Shown: one piece after another, positions 1 to 9,699 of the stretch
Layout of the letters: each line of letters opens with the position of its first letter
How positions within the stretch are numbered: position 1 is the stretch's first letter
Assembly: GCA_021108335.1 (NCBI GenBank)
Contig: JAIORC010000188.1
Span: 10,240-74,239, forward strand
DNA length: 64,000 nt
DNA from: Phycisphaerae bacterium
GTDB lineage: Bacteria; Planctomycetota; Phycisphaerae; SM23-33
Direction of reading: 5' to 3'
The notes under the pieces: generated by a model
Told to the model about the DNA's origin: nothing
The model's input: only the letters and a program-made list of their open reading frames with translations
The model's database searches: none
Position numbers and translations under genes: made by a program

Positions 1-923
1 AATCCGGCGATGAAGCCGACATGAAGTCAATCGACAACCTGAAATCGCTGTTCCATTTCGACGAACCGGTATGGAAACGCTACTGCCGCTGGATGGGGGT
101 CTACTGGTTTACAAACGACAATGACCATGGCAAAAACAAAGAAGGCATATTTTTCAGCGATAGGGACGAAGGCCTTCTCCAAGGCAACATGGGACGGTCG
201 ATGGCAACCACGGGGGAAGTCAACAAGATCGTCGGTGACCGCGTACTGCTTACGTTCCTGATCTCGCTGGGTACGGTAATATTCACATGGGTGGTGGCGA
301 TTCCGATCGGCATATACTCAGCCGTGCGACAATATTCCGTTTTCGATTATATCCTTACGTTCGTCGGTTTTATCGGCATGTGTATTCCGGCGTTCCTGCT
401 GGCCTTGATTTTAATGGCTCTTTCCGGCGTGTCGGGGCTGTTCTCGGCAGAATTCGCAGCCCAGCCGGAATGGGATTGGCCAAAGGTCGTAGACCTGCTG
501 AAGCACATTTGGATACCGGTAATCGTTCTGGGCGTCGGCGGAACCGCGGGCATGATCCGCGTGATGCGGGCCAACCTGTTGGACGAATTGAAAAAACCAT
601 ACGTTACCACCGCACGAGCCAAGGGCGTCCGCCCGATTAAGCTGCTGTTCAAGTATCCGGTGCGTCTGGCGTTGAACCCGTTTATTTCGGGTATTGGCGG
701 GTTGTTCCCGCAGTTGGTTTCCGGCGGAGCGATTGTTGCGATGGTTCTGAGCCTGCCGACGGTAGGCCCGTTGATGCTGGAAGCGCTATTCAGCGAAGAT
801 ATGTATATGGCCGGTTCGATGCTTATGGTACTCAGCCTGCTGGGCGTCTTCGGCACGCTCGTCAGCGACTTGCTGCTGCTGTGGCTTGACCCGAGAATCA
901 GATTCAAAGGAGGCAGCCGATGA
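1..923 (+). CDS. Oligopeptide/dipeptide ABC transporter permease (OppB/DppB-like), 5' partial at window edge
   Basis: No in-frame stop upstream of the ATG at 21. Binding-protein-dependent transport permease signature region (LTFLISLGTVIFTWVVAIPIGIYSAV), multiple TM helices, and a C-terminal LWLDPRIRF typical of OppB/DppB. Confidence 0.85.
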   Translation, partial: SGDEADMKSIDNLKSLFHFDEPVWKRYCRWMGVYWFTNDNDHGKNKEGIFFSDRDEGLLQGNMGRSMATTGEVNKIVGDRVLLTFLISLGTVIFTWVVAIPIGIYSAVRQYSVFDYILTFVGFIGMCIPAFLLALILMALSGVSGLFSAEFAAQPEWDWPKVVDLLKHIWIPVIVLGVGGTAGMIRVMRANLLDELKKPYVTTARAKGVRPIKLLFKYPVRLALNPFISGIGGLFPQLVSGGAIVAMVLSLPTVGPLMLEALFSEDMYMAGSMLMVLSLLGVFGTLVSDLLLLWLDPRIRFKGGSR

Positions 924-2086
924 GCGCCCAAAAGAGCGACGAAAAAACTACCGCCGCCACCCCTGCAAAGGCGACTGCCGAAACTCTCAGCCAGTGGCAG
1001 TTGATCCACCGGCGGTTCATCAAACACAAGCTGGCCGTGGCGGCAATGTTTGTGTTGATCTTATTGTATTTCCTGGCTATTTTCGCCGAGAGTTTCGCAC
1101 CATACACGCGAATGTGGAAAGACCTGGATCACTCGTACTGCCCGCCGCAAGTCGTGCATTTCAATCTCTCCGATGGCATCTACGTCAATACGCTCAAGCA
1201 GCACGTTGATCCGATAACCTTCCAGAAAAGCTATTTCGAAGTGCCAGGCAAGCCAATTCCGCTGGGCTTCTTTGTCAAGGGCGAAGAGTACAAATTATGG
1301 GGGCTGAGCCTGCTACCATCGAACCGACATTTCTTCGGTGTAGATCATGATGCCTATGAAAAAGCCTATCCAGATAGCGATGTTGTCCCGACGTTTTATC
1401 TGTTGGGGGCAGACGAGTACGGCCGGGATATTTTCAGCCGTATTGTCTACGGCTCGCGGATTTCGCTTTCGGTGGGCCTGGTCGGTGTGTTCTTTACGTT
1501 TATTTTCGGCATGTCGATTGGCGGGGTCAGCGGCTACGTTGGCGGCTCGACGGACAACATCATCCAGCGTGGCATCGAGATTCTCAACGCCTTTCCACGG
1601 CTGCCGTTATGGCTGGCGCTTGCGGCGGCAATGCCGCAGGACTGGTCGCCGCTGGAGATATACTTTGCCATCACGATCGCGTTGAGCCTGCTTGGCTGGA
1701 CGCGACTTGCCCGCGTGGTGCGCGGTAAAATACTGTCCCTGCGGGAAGAAGACTACGCGATGGCTGCCAGGCTGATCGGTGCCAGCCATGGGCGGATTAT
1801 CTTCCGCCACCTGCTGCCTGGCTTCACCAGCCACATTATCGTAGCCCTGACGCTCAGTGTTCCGGGTATGATTCTTGGCGAAACATCGCTCAGCTTCCTG
1901 GGCCTGGGGCTTCGCCCGCCGATCGTAAGCTGGGGCGTGATGCTGCAGGATTGCATGGACGTCAAAGCCGTTTCTTTCTACCCATGGCTGATGTTACCCG
2001 TTATATTCATCGTGCTGACGGTACTGTGCTTCAACTTCCTTGGTGACGGCCTGCGCGACGCCGCCGATCCGTATTCGTCGAGATAA
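920..2086 (+). CDS. Oligopeptide ABC transporter permease (OppC/DppC-like) with long N-terminal extension
   Basis: ATGA overlap with the upstream permease. Motifs [23 protein letters not shown] and [18 protein letters not shown] are typical of OppC. Confidence 0.85.
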   Translation: MSAQKSDEKTTAATPAKATAETLSQWQLIHRRFIKHKLAVAAMFVLILLYFLAIFAESFAPYTRMWKDLDHSYCPPQVVHFNLSDGIYVNTLKQHVDPITFQKSYFEVPGKPIPLGFFVKGEEYKLWGLSLLPSNRHFFGVDHDAYEKAYPDSDVVPTFYLLGADEYGRDIFSRIVYGSRISLSVGLVGVFFTFIFGMSIGGVSGYVGGSTDNIIQRGIEILNAFPRLPLWLALAAAMPQDWSPLEIYFAITIALSLLGWTRLARVVRGKILSLREEDYAMAARLIGASHGRIIFRHLLPGFTSHIIVALTLSVPGMILGETSLSFLGLGLRPPIVSWGVMLQDCMDVKAVSFYPWLMLPVIFIVLTVLCFNFLGDGLRDAADPYSSR

Positions 2087-2090
2087 AATT

Positions 2091-3140
2091 ATGCAAGATA
2101 CGCAAGAATTACAAGAAATCGAGCCGCAGGAACTGCCGGAGAATGTCCTGGAGTTGAGAGACCTCAAGACTTATTTCTTTACCGACGACGGCACGCTGCC
2201 GGCGGTGGACGGCGTTACGTTTAGCGTCAAACGCGGCAAAACCCTGGCCCTTGTGGGCGAGAGCGGCTGCGGCAAGAGCGTTACCAGCTACTCCGTGCTA
2301 CGGCTGATCCAGAAGCCCGGCGAGATTGTCGAAGGCGAAATCCTGCTCCACACCAACGACTATCAAACCATCGATATCGCCCAATTGACCGAAAAGTCCG
2401 ATCTGCTTTTCCACGTTCGCGGCGGACTGGTGAGCATGATTTTTCAAGAGCCGATGACCGCGCTCAGCCCAGTTCACACCATCGGCAACCAGATTTGCGA
2501 GGCCATCCTGCTGCACCAGAACGTTACCAAGGCCCAGGCCGAGGAGATCGCCATCGAGATGCTTCACAAGGTCGGCATCCCCGGCCCGGAGCAGCGGATG
2601 AACCAGTATCCCCACGAGCTTTCCGGCGGCATGCGTCAGCGCGTTGTTATCGCGATGGCCTTGGTGTGCAAGCCTCAGCTATTGATCGCCGACGAGCCGA
2701 CGACTGCGTTGGACGTAACGATCCAGGCCCAGGTGCTGCGGCTGATTAACGACCTCAAGGCCGAACTGGGCACGAGCGTGCTGTTCATCACGCACGACCT
2801 TGGCGTCGTCGCGCAGATTGCCGACGAGGTGGCGGTGATGTACCTCGGCCGCATCGTCGAACAGGGCGACGTCCGCATCGTAATGAAAAATCCGCTGCAC
2901 CCGTATACGCGATGTTTGCTGAAGTCGCTGCCGGGTCTCAGTGGGCACCACAAACGCCTGGATTCCATCGAAGGTTCCGTGCCGAGCTTGACGGAAATTC
3001 CGCCGGGCTGCCCGTTCCACCCGCGTTGTCCAGACTTCGTTGCCGGCGTCTGCGACGTCGGCAACCCGCCGGAACTGCAGGAGTTGCGGGACGGACACTA
3101 TGTTGCCTGCGCGCGGGCCGAGGAGGTCAACCAGAAATGA
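2091..3140 (+). CDS. Oligopeptide ABC transporter ATP-binding protein (OppD-like)
   Basis: Walker A GESGCGKS, ABC signature LSGGMRQR, Walker B LLIADEPTTALD, and an OppD-type C-terminal Cys-rich tail. The ATG at 2091 is preferred over the 2040 ORF start. Confidence 0.85.
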   Translation: MQDTQELQEIEPQELPENVLELRDLKTYFFTDDGTLPAVDGVTFSVKRGKTLALVGESGCGKSVTSYSVLRLIQKPGEIVEGEILLHTNDYQTIDIAQLTEKSDLLFHVRGGLVSMIFQEPMTALSPVHTIGNQICEAILLHQNVTKAQAEEIAIEMLHKVGIPGPEQRMNQYPHELSGGMRQRVVIAMALVCKPQLLIADEPTTALDVTIQAQVLRLINDLKAELGTSVLFITHDLGVVAQIADEVAVMYLGRIVEQGDVRIVMKNPLHPYTRCLLKSLPGLSGHHKRLDSIEGSVPSLTEIPPGCPFHPRCPDFVAGVCDVGNPPELQELRDGHYVACARAEEVNQK

Positions 3141-4141
3141 TTGCCGAACAAACCACACCATTATTGAGCGTCCGAAATCTCAAGAAGCACTTTCCGATTC
3201 ACAACAAGGGCTTCTCCAGCCGCGTGATCGGAAGCGTCAAAGCTGTCGACGATGTGAGCTTCGACCTGCTGCCCGGCGAAACGCTGGGGCTGGTCGGCGA
3301 GAGCGGTTGCGGCAAAACCACCACCGGCAGAACGATTCTGCGGGCGCTGGACCCCACCAGCGGCCAGGTCATGTTCAAGGTGGACGACGACAAGATAATC
3401 GACCTTGCTGCCATTCATCATAAACATCTCAAACCGTTGCGGCCTGAGATGCAGATGATCTTCCAGGATCCGTTTTCGTCGCTGAATCCGCGTATGACCA
3501 TCGGCGACATCGTCGGCGAGCCGTTGGTGGTTCACAAGATGGCCAGGGGCAGCGAGCTGAAAGACCGCGTTGCGGAGATGCTTTTGAAAGTCGGCCTCAT
3601 GCCGGAACACGCCATCCGTTATCCGCACGCATTCAGCGGCGGCCAGCGTCAGCGCGCGGGTATCGCGCGGGCGTTGATTATGAATCCGTCGCTGATAATC
3701 GCCGACGAGGCGGTCTCGGCTTTGGACGTGTCCGTGCAGGCACAGGTAATCAACCTGCTCGAGGATCTTCAGGAAGAATTAAAGCTGACGTACATTTTCA
3801 TCGCCCACGACCTGAGCGTGGTCAAACACATCTGCGACCGGGTAGCCGTGATGTACGCCGGCAAAATCGTCGAACTCTGCGAGACGGAGGAACTTTTCGC
3901 GGTCCCGAAACACCCGTACACCAGGGCGTTGCTGTCGGCTGTGCCCGTGCCCGACCCGGACGTCAAAATGAACTTCGACCTGCACGGCGAGGTTGCCGAC
4001 CCAGCCAATCTCCCGCCCGGCTGCAGCTTCAACCCGCGATGTTCATATTGTCAGGTACGCTGCAAGCAGGACATACCCGAATTACAGGAAATCGCCCCAG
4101 GCCGCCAGGTAGCCTGCCACTTCACAGAAGACCTGGACTAA
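3137..4141 (+). CDS. Oligopeptide ABC transporter ATP-binding protein (OppF-like)
   Basis: ATGA overlap with OppD-like stop. Walker A GESGCGKT, signature FSGGQRQR, Walker [12 protein letters not shown], and a C-terminal CxxC tail. Confidence 0.85.
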   Translation: MIAEQTTPLLSVRNLKKHFPIHNKGFSSRVIGSVKAVDDVSFDLLPGETLGLVGESGCGKTTTGRTILRALDPTSGQVMFKVDDDKIIDLAAIHHKHLKPLRPEMQMIFQDPFSSLNPRMTIGDIVGEPLVVHKMARGSELKDRVAEMLLKVGLMPEHAIRYPHAFSGGQRQRAGIARALIMNPSLIIADEAVSALDVSVQAQVINLLEDLQEELKLTYIFIAHDLSVVKHICDRVAVMYAGKIVELCETEELFAVPKHPYTRALLSAVPVPDPDVKMNFDLHGEVADPANLPPGCSFNPRCSYCQVRCKQDIPELQEIAPGRQVACHFTEDLD

Positions 4142-4200
4142 CGCCGCCGGCAATTAATCAATAGCCCGGCGCGTAATACTGTGCGCGATAAGTAATGCTT

Positions 4201-4230
4201 GGGTGGCATGGTTTGCTTGCAAGCCATGTG
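4201..4230. repeat. REP-like palindromic element (GGGTGGCATGG-hairpin-CCATG family)
   Basis: gggtggcatggtttgcttgcaagccatgtg. The same core recurs at 12.8-13.2 kb, 41144, 59896 and 62921. Confidence 0.6.
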
Positions 4231-4277
4231 TTTTTCGTGTATTCCCAGTACCAGTTTCCTGGTTCCTGTTTTAACCC

Positions 4278-4454
4278 GTTTTGGGTAGGCCGGGTCTTGA
4301 CCCGGCGATAAGAAGGCGACAGCCTTCTTACATGGAAATCCCCTCCGATAACACATCCATGGGAAATGTATTTTTTGCCACGGGTGCCCCGAATTGGACG
4401 AATTTGTTGCATGTGCCATGCAATTGCCGGGTCAAGACCCGGCCTACCCAAAAC
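4278..4454. repeat. MITE-like element with perfect 29-bp terminal inverted repeats
   Basis: gttttgggtaggccgggtcttgacccggc at 4278-4306 is the exact reverse complement of 4426-4454. Each arm also contains an internal hairpin (gccgggtc/gacccggc). Mirrored ORFs 4158-4451(-) and 4281-4493(+) both start MGRPGLDPAI as an artefact. Confidence 0.5.
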
Positions 4455-4583
4455 TGCTTAAACCACACCCAATCCCCCGCCAATTGGAATTGAGCAGCAG
4501 TCCCCAACCCAGTGCAATATAATGCCTAACTCTTTCTCTCTCCAGGACATATAAAAATTTACCCCCTTCCCGCATTTTATGGG

Positions 4584-4611
4584 TTGACACATACCGATTT
4601 TGACTTACAAT
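4584..4611 (+). promoter_or_regulatory. Sigma70-like promoter candidate (TTGACA-16 nt-TACAAT) upstream of the LacI-family gene
   Basis: ttgaca at 4584-4589, a 16-nt spacer, and tacaat at 4606-4611, read directly from the sequence. Confidence 0.4.
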
Positions 4612-4623
4612 GAACGGGTGTGG

Positions 4624-4667
4624 TGAAGTTCATGAAATTCACTATAGGTGTTTGTGAAATTCACGGA
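4624..4667 (+). promoter_or_regulatory. Two palindromic operator-like sites (GTGAA..TTCAC), candidate LacI autoregulatory operators
   Basis: GTGAAgTTCATGAAaTTCAC at 4624-4643 is 18/20 palindromic; tGTGAAATTCACg lies at 4654-4667. Both sit between the promoter candidate and the regulator start. Confidence 0.45.
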
Positions 4668-4677
4668 AGGAAATACT

Positions 4678-5703
4678 GTGGCAGCTACAGTCGTTGACAT
4701 AGCGAAGAAGGCAGCGGTTTCGGTTGGTACTGTTTCGCGAGTACTCAACCATCAGCCCAACATAGACGTCGCACTCAAGCAGCGGGTATTGGGGGCGATG
4801 GAGCAGTTGGATTATCGGCCCAGACGTCTGGCGCGTGGAACAAAGGACGGCTCGAGTAAGAAACAGACCGGCCAGATCGCCATGATGCTTATCAACCTTC
4901 CCGATCATGTAGCGCACACGGCTTACATGATGCAATACATCCACGGCGTTCAGCAAGAGACCGCTGCGGCAGGCCGAAAGTGCCTTTTTGTTACGTGGAA
5001 CGAAGAGTCCGACGGCGATGCGATTCCACCCGTCCTCCTCGACGGGGAAATTGACGGTATAATTGTTAAGCATTTTTTACACAGTGAAATCGTCCAGCAA
5101 TGGTTGAATCGATATCCAAGGGTATTCCTGAATCCCGCGGGCGCTTCGCCGGACTGTGATTGCGTAATGGTCGACTATGAAGAGGGGATCCGCGATTGCG
5201 TCGCGTATCTGGCTTCGTTGGGGCATCGCCGAATCGCGTTCGTGGGCTTGCCGCATTTTCATACCAAGCTTCTGGGTTATCGACGCGCGGTGAAAGAGCT
5301 TGGTCTCGACGTGGACGAGGGGCTGATCCAGACCCGAGACATCTCTCTGGAAGACACCTCGCAGGAACTGGATTTGAATTGGGCGATAGAGAACCTCTGG
5401 TCGCTTTCGGAGCCGCCGACAGCCATCCTCAGCAACGATTACTTCTGCGGCGCGATTTACCATGCCCTGGCCGAACGCGGCCTGAAGGTGCCCGATGACG
5501 TCAGCATCATCGGATATGACAACGAGACGAGCCTCTGCGAGGCGATCAGGCCTAAACTCACGTCGGTGGACATAAAAGCCGTCGAACTCGGCAAAATCGC
5601 CGCCAAACAACTTCTCGACCGGATACAAAACCCGCAGGAAAGTTACCGCAAAATTTCCATTCGAGGCAAAATCGTGGAAAGAGAATCCGTCCGAAAACTA
5701 TAA
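4678..5703 (+). CDS. LacI family transcriptional regulator
   Basis: N-terminal HTH (TVVDIAKKAAVSVGTVSRVLN) followed by a periplasmic-binding-protein-like sugar-binding fold. A GTG at 4678 with an aaggaa RBS is preferred; the GTG at 4648 is the alternative start. Confidence 0.85.
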   Translation: MAATVVDIAKKAAVSVGTVSRVLNHQPNIDVALKQRVLGAMEQLDYRPRRLARGTKDGSSKKQTGQIAMMLINLPDHVAHTAYMMQYIHGVQQETAAAGRKCLFVTWNEESDGDAIPPVLLDGEIDGIIVKHFLHSEIVQQWLNRYPRVFLNPAGASPDCDCVMVDYEEGIRDCVAYLASLGHRRIAFVGLPHFHTKLLGYRRAVKELGLDVDEGLIQTRDISLEDTSQELDLNWAIENLWSLSEPPTAILSNDYFCGAIYHALAERGLKVPDDVSIIGYDNETSLCEAIRPKLTSVDIKAVELGKIAAKQLLDRIQNPQESYRKISIRGKIVERESVRKL

Positions 5704-5860
5704 CCAATGGAAAAGAATAGAACAGAAACGGAGTTAAGGGAATTTTGAGAGAAAGGAGCAGAGCAGAATTGCTTGTTGGAAACAGTGGAGAGCTTCGGGA
5801 GTAACGAAGCCGAAAGGAAACTTTGATGTCTGGAATAACTCTAACACAAGGAGTAGAAAC

Positions 5861-6673
5861 ATGAAGAAAACAATTGCATTAATGACGATGTTGGCGATGG
5901 TCGGCCTGCTGGCTTCGGTGGCGCAAGCGGCTACCGTTGGGTACTGGCGATTCGAAGATACGCCAGGGTATCTCGAGGATTCAAGCACCTATAACAACGA
6001 TTTGACCGCGGCTGGCGATCCAACGCACGACACGCTGTCTAATCTTGGCGTAAGCTTTGACAATCCTATTCCGCAGACCAGTGCAGCCAACGCCAAGGCT
6101 GTTAGTTTGGACAGAATCGGAGACTATTACCATTGTGCGGATCAGACCGAATTTACCGTTACTGCCTTTACCATCGAGGCATACGTTCGTTGGAGTGGCG
6201 GCAACACCGGATATGTAGCCTCGCATTACGACTACGCCAACAACGATCGAAGCTGGGGCCTGTATTTCGACAGAGGTTCAAACACAATGCGTGCGGTTTT
6301 TAGCTCGAACGGAACATCCTCCACCACCATCGCGTCTGGTATTTCGGTTGCGGGGGCTACGGATTACTTCGTGGCGATGTCGTTTGACGTGTCGGGTAAC
6401 GTGGAATTCTATCTCAAGAATCTTTCCGCCGGTACGTGGAATACGGCAACGGTCTCGCATTCTCTCACCTCGCTGAATGACACGGATGGTAATTTTGATA
6501 TCGGTGCGATCGGCAACGGCCACGCAGATACTCTATGGCACGGTGTGATCGACGAAGTACGCTTCTCGAACGATGTTCTGGGCCAGGATGATATGCTGGC
6601 CATGCCCGAGCCGGCGACGATGACGTTGCTGCTGCTGGGTCTGCCGTTAGCCCTTCGCCGTAGACGCAAATAA
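5861..6673 (+). CDS. Secreted LamG-like (ConA-like jelly-roll) domain protein with PEP-CTERM sorting signal
   Basis: Signal peptide, a Laminin_G_3-like body, and a C-terminal PEPATMTLLLLGLPLALRRRRK (PEP motif, TM segment, basic tail). An aaggag RBS precedes the ATG. Confidence 0.7.
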   Translation: MKKTIALMTMLAMVGLLASVAQAATVGYWRFEDTPGYLEDSSTYNNDLTAAGDPTHDTLSNLGVSFDNPIPQTSAANAKAVSLDRIGDYYHCADQTEFTVTAFTIEAYVRWSGGNTGYVASHYDYANNDRSWGLYFDRGSNTMRAVFSSNGTSSTTIASGISVAGATDYFVAMSFDVSGNVEFYLKNLSAGTWNTATVSHSLTSLNDTDGNFDIGAIGNGHADTLWHGVIDEVRFSNDVLGQDDMLAMPEPATMTLLLLGLPLALRRRRK

Positions 6674-6707
6674 ATAAATAGATAATATTGCAATTGTCTT
6701 TTTCATC

Positions 6708-6758
6708 TTGTGTGTCGGGGCATGTGGTATGCCCCGGCACACAACTCCTGCTTTTTGC
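6708..6758 (+). terminator. Rho-independent terminator
   Basis: GC-rich stem cttgtgtgtcggggcat/atgccccggcacacaa followed by ctcctgcttttt. Confidence 0.6.
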
Positions 6759-6817
6759 GGGAAGGTAATGGACTGGCAAGGCAAATCGCGGTTTCCGCAT
6801 CCTAAGGGAGCGGCATT

Positions 6818-7528
6818 ATGAATCAACGTCGGTCATCAAACAATATCGGGCGATCGCGCGGTTTTACGCTCATAGAACTGCTTGTCGTAATCGCCATTAT
6901 TTCGCTGCTGGCGAGCATTCTTCTGCCGAGTCTCAATAGAGCCAGGGACTTGGCTAAACGAACTGTTTGCGCTTCCAATCAACATCATATAACGTTGGCG
7001 TATGCCTCCTATGCAAGCGAATACTCCAACTATATACCGGTAGGTTATTGGAGTACAAAACAGTTCAACTATCCGATCTACCTGGCTGGCGGCCCAGGTT
7101 TCGTCATGTTCGGCAATCTTTATCTTGCGGACTTGATGCCCGAACCGAAGGTGTTTTACTGCCCGACTAACACGACAGATATCGGTGCGTGCTTTGACAC
7201 CGATCGTAATCGCTGGCCGCCGGGGTCGGGGGGGCATACACGCGCTGGATACGGCTCCAGGCCGGAAGTAAACTGGCGATACAGCAAGAGGGTTCATCTG
7301 TACGAATTGGGTTCGAAGGCTGTTGTCGCGGATTTTGCTTCGGCAGCGGGTCATGTGAATGACCGACACAAAGACGGGGTAAACGCAGGCTATGGAGACG
7401 GCGCGGTATCCTGGGTTGCCAGGAGTCTCCTTGACGAAGATTTCGAGCAGATAACGGGTGGGCCCTTTAGTGGCGCAAATAATATCCACATAGAAAATAT
7501 CTGGGAAACTTTCGACGAACAACATTAG
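6818..7528 (+). CDS. DUF1559 (H-X9-DG) protein with prepilin-type N-terminal cleavage/methylation domain
   Basis: GFTLIELLVVIAIISLLASILLPSLNRARDLAKRTVCASNQHHI is the canonical Planctomycete-type DUF1559 N-terminus. Confidence 0.8.
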   Translation: MNQRRSSNNIGRSRGFTLIELLVVIAIISLLASILLPSLNRARDLAKRTVCASNQHHITLAYASYASEYSNYIPVGYWSTKQFNYPIYLAGGPGFVMFGNLYLADLMPEPKVFYCPTNTTDIGACFDTDRNRWPPGSGGHTRAGYGSRPEVNWRYSKRVHLYELGSKAVVADFASAAGHVNDRHKDGVNAGYGDGAVSWVARSLLDEDFEQITGGPFSGANNIHIENIWETFDEQH

Positions 7529-7569
7529 GGTAATGATGGGGACACGCCTCATGATTCTACAGGAAAAAA

Positions 7570-9657
7570 ATGACGAGAAATAGACTGATTGTATTATTGA
7601 TGTTTGCAGGGATGTTTTGCTTTTGCAATTGTGCGCCGCCGGAGGCCAGGGCGGCTGCGAAGAAGCCCGCCGGGAAGTCAGCCAAGCCCCGGAAGCCCAA
7701 GCGCAAGCGTATCCCGTTGTTTCCGTGGAAGGGTGATATTCTTTCGACTCTCCGCAAGGAGCATCCCCGGCTGTTGTTTACGGCTGCGGACGAGAAGCGC
7801 ATTAAAAAGCTGGCCAAAGACAATGAGCAGTTGGCCGGGCTGATAACGCTTGTTACGAAAAGCGCCGAAAGGATACTTTCCGAACCGGAGGTCAAGCTCG
7901 CCATACCGCCGAAAAGTAAACGCCACTTCTATCTTCTTTCGACAAGCCGCGTTTGCCTTGGAAGGGTTACGACGCTGGCGATGGCGTTCAGGCTGACCGG
8001 CGACCGCCGCTTTTTCGAGCGGGCACGCAAGGAAATGCTTGCAGCGGCTGGGTTCTGGACATGGAATCCCAAACACTTTCTCGATGTCGGGGAAATGTGT
8101 TGTGCCCTGGGAATCGGTTACGACTGGCTGTACGACGAATTAAGCAAAGAAGACCGCGCGATCATCCGCCGGGCCATCGTCGAAAAGGCGTTGAAGCCGA
8201 GCCTGAGACATTATCACCGAAAGGTAACAAGGCTATTCTGGGAAGCAGGGAGGAACAACTGGAACCTCGTATGCAACGGCGGCCTGCTTATAGGCGCGCT
8301 GGCGATAGCCGAGGACGAACCGAAACTGTCGAGGGAAATAGTTTCCCGCGCCCTTTCTTCGGTCAAGTACGGCCTGTCATGCTATCTACCCGACGGCGCA
8401 TGGCCGGAAGGGCCGGGCTATTGGAATTACGGCTCCGTGTATAACGCTTTGTTCTTCTCCGCCCTTGAGACCTCGCTTGGCGATTTAAAGCTTTATCGCA
8501 CTGAAATGAAGGCGTTCAGCAAATCGGGTTCTTTCATAATGCACATGATCGGGCCGAACCGAAAGCCTTTCACCTATGCCGATTGCGGTTCGGGCAAGTG
8601 GAGCATTTCGCCGGCGATGTTTTATCTTGCCCGCAGGTTCAATCAGCCGGCGTTCGCCTGGTTCGAATGGAAGAATCTACGGAGGATGATTCCCTCGCCC
8701 GACGCGAAGGTCAGCAAGAAGCCAGGCAAGAAGACCAGCAAAAAGAAGCCGGGCAAAAAAGTGTCGTACGGAAGGCGCTATCACAGTCAAATCAGATTAC
8801 TTGCAATGGCGATCGCCTGGTTCGACGAGCGGGGCGTGGACTATGTTCCCGACAAATTGCCGCTCGACGCCTTCTTCCGCGGCCAGCAGGATCTTGTCGC
8901 CATGCGTGGTTCATGGGAAGACGCCAACGCCTTGTTCGTGGGTTTCAAGGGCGGAAACAACAAGGCCAGCCACGGCCACATGGACATTGGCAGCTTCGTG
9001 CTCGATGCCGACGGCGTGAGATGGGCCATCGATCTCGGCGCCGACCACTACAGACTACCCGGCTATAGCAACAAAACCGACGGCGGGCCGGGATGGCGAT
9101 ACTACCGCCGCAGCGCGAAAAGCCATAATACGCTTGTCATCGGCGACAAACTCCAGCTTGCGGCGGACAGCGAAAGCAAGGTCGTCGCGTTTCATTCTTC
9201 GCCCACCCGCTCGCACGCGGTGGTGGATATGTCGAAACCGTACCGTCGGCAGGCGAAAAAGTTGCTTCGCGGTGTAGCCATGCTCGGCCGGCAAGCCGTT
9301 CTCGTTCAGGATGAAATAACCGCTCCCGAAAATTCCGAAATCCGGTGGGGAATGGTTACTCGCGCGAAGATAAAAATCGACGGCCGAAAAGCGGTTCTCA
9401 CGCAAGACGGCAAAACGCTGCACGTCGAAGTCGTCGAACCGGTGGACGCGGTGCTCAAAATTGTCTCGACCGCACCGCCGACAAAGAAAGAAAATCCGAA
9501 CAGGGGCACCCGCATGCTGGCTGCCTTCGCCAAACCGAACGGCAAGAAGTTTATGCGGATTGTCGTTCTGCTGAAGCCGGTCGGAAAAAACTGGAAAGAA
9601 ACCCCCACGCCCAAAATCCAGCCGCTGGCCAACTGGAAGGGCAAAAAGGTAAAATAA
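7570..9657 (+). CDS. Heparinase II/III-like polysaccharide lyase family protein, secreted, with Lys-rich low-complexity inserts
   Basis: An (alpha/alpha) toroid-like N-domain and a Hepar_II_III-type motif (KASHGHMDIGSFVLDADGVRWAIDLGADHYRLPGY). Lys-rich tracts AKKPAGKSAKPRKPKRKR and KKPGKKTSKKKPGKK. Confidence 0.7.
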   Translation: MTRNRLIVLLMFAGMFCFCNCAPPEARAAAKKPAGKSAKPRKPKRKRIPLFPWKGDILSTLRKEHPRLLFTAADEKRIKKLAKDNEQLAGLITLVTKSAERILSEPEVKLAIPPKSKRHFYLLSTSRVCLGRVTTLAMAFRLTGDRRFFERARKEMLAAAGFWTWNPKHFLDVGEMCCALGIGYDWLYDELSKEDRAIIRRAIVEKALKPSLRHYHRKVTRLFWEAGRNNWNLVCNGGLLIGALAIAEDEPKLSREIVSRALSSVKYGLSCYLPDGAWPEGPGYWNYGSVYNALFFSALETSLGDLKLYRTEMKAFSKSGSFIMHMIGPNRKPFTYADCGSGKWSISPAMFYLARRFNQPAFAWFEWKNLRRMIPSPDAKVSKKPGKKTSKKKPGKKVSYGRRYHSQIRLLAMAIAWFDERGVDYVPDKLPLDAFFRGQQDLVAMRGSWEDANALFVGFKGGNNKASHGHMDIGSFVLDADGVRWAIDLGADHYRLPGYSNKTDGGPGWRYYRRSAKSHNTLVIGDKLQLAADSESKVVAFHSSPTRSHAVVDMSKPYRRQAKKLLRGVAMLGRQAVLVQDEITAPENSEIRWGMVTRAKIKIDGRKAVLTQDGKTLHVEVVEPVDAVLKIVSTAPPTKKENPNRGTRMLAAFAKPNGKKFMRIVVLLKPVGKNWKETPTPKIQPLANWKGKKVK

Positions 9658-9699
9658 CGGGCACGGATACCGCCTCAGTCGACTCGACGAGGGGAGCCT

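Noticed and set aside
4142-4175. Intrinsic terminator after the OppF-like gene (cgccgccggc...gcccggcgcg)
   Set aside because: The arms are GC-rich but not properly complementary and no T-tract follows.
4158-4493. Mirror-image ORFs 4158-4451(-) and 4281-4493(+) both beginning MGRPGLDPAI
   Set aside because: This is an artefact of the perfect 29-bp inverted repeat; both frames read the same repeat arm.
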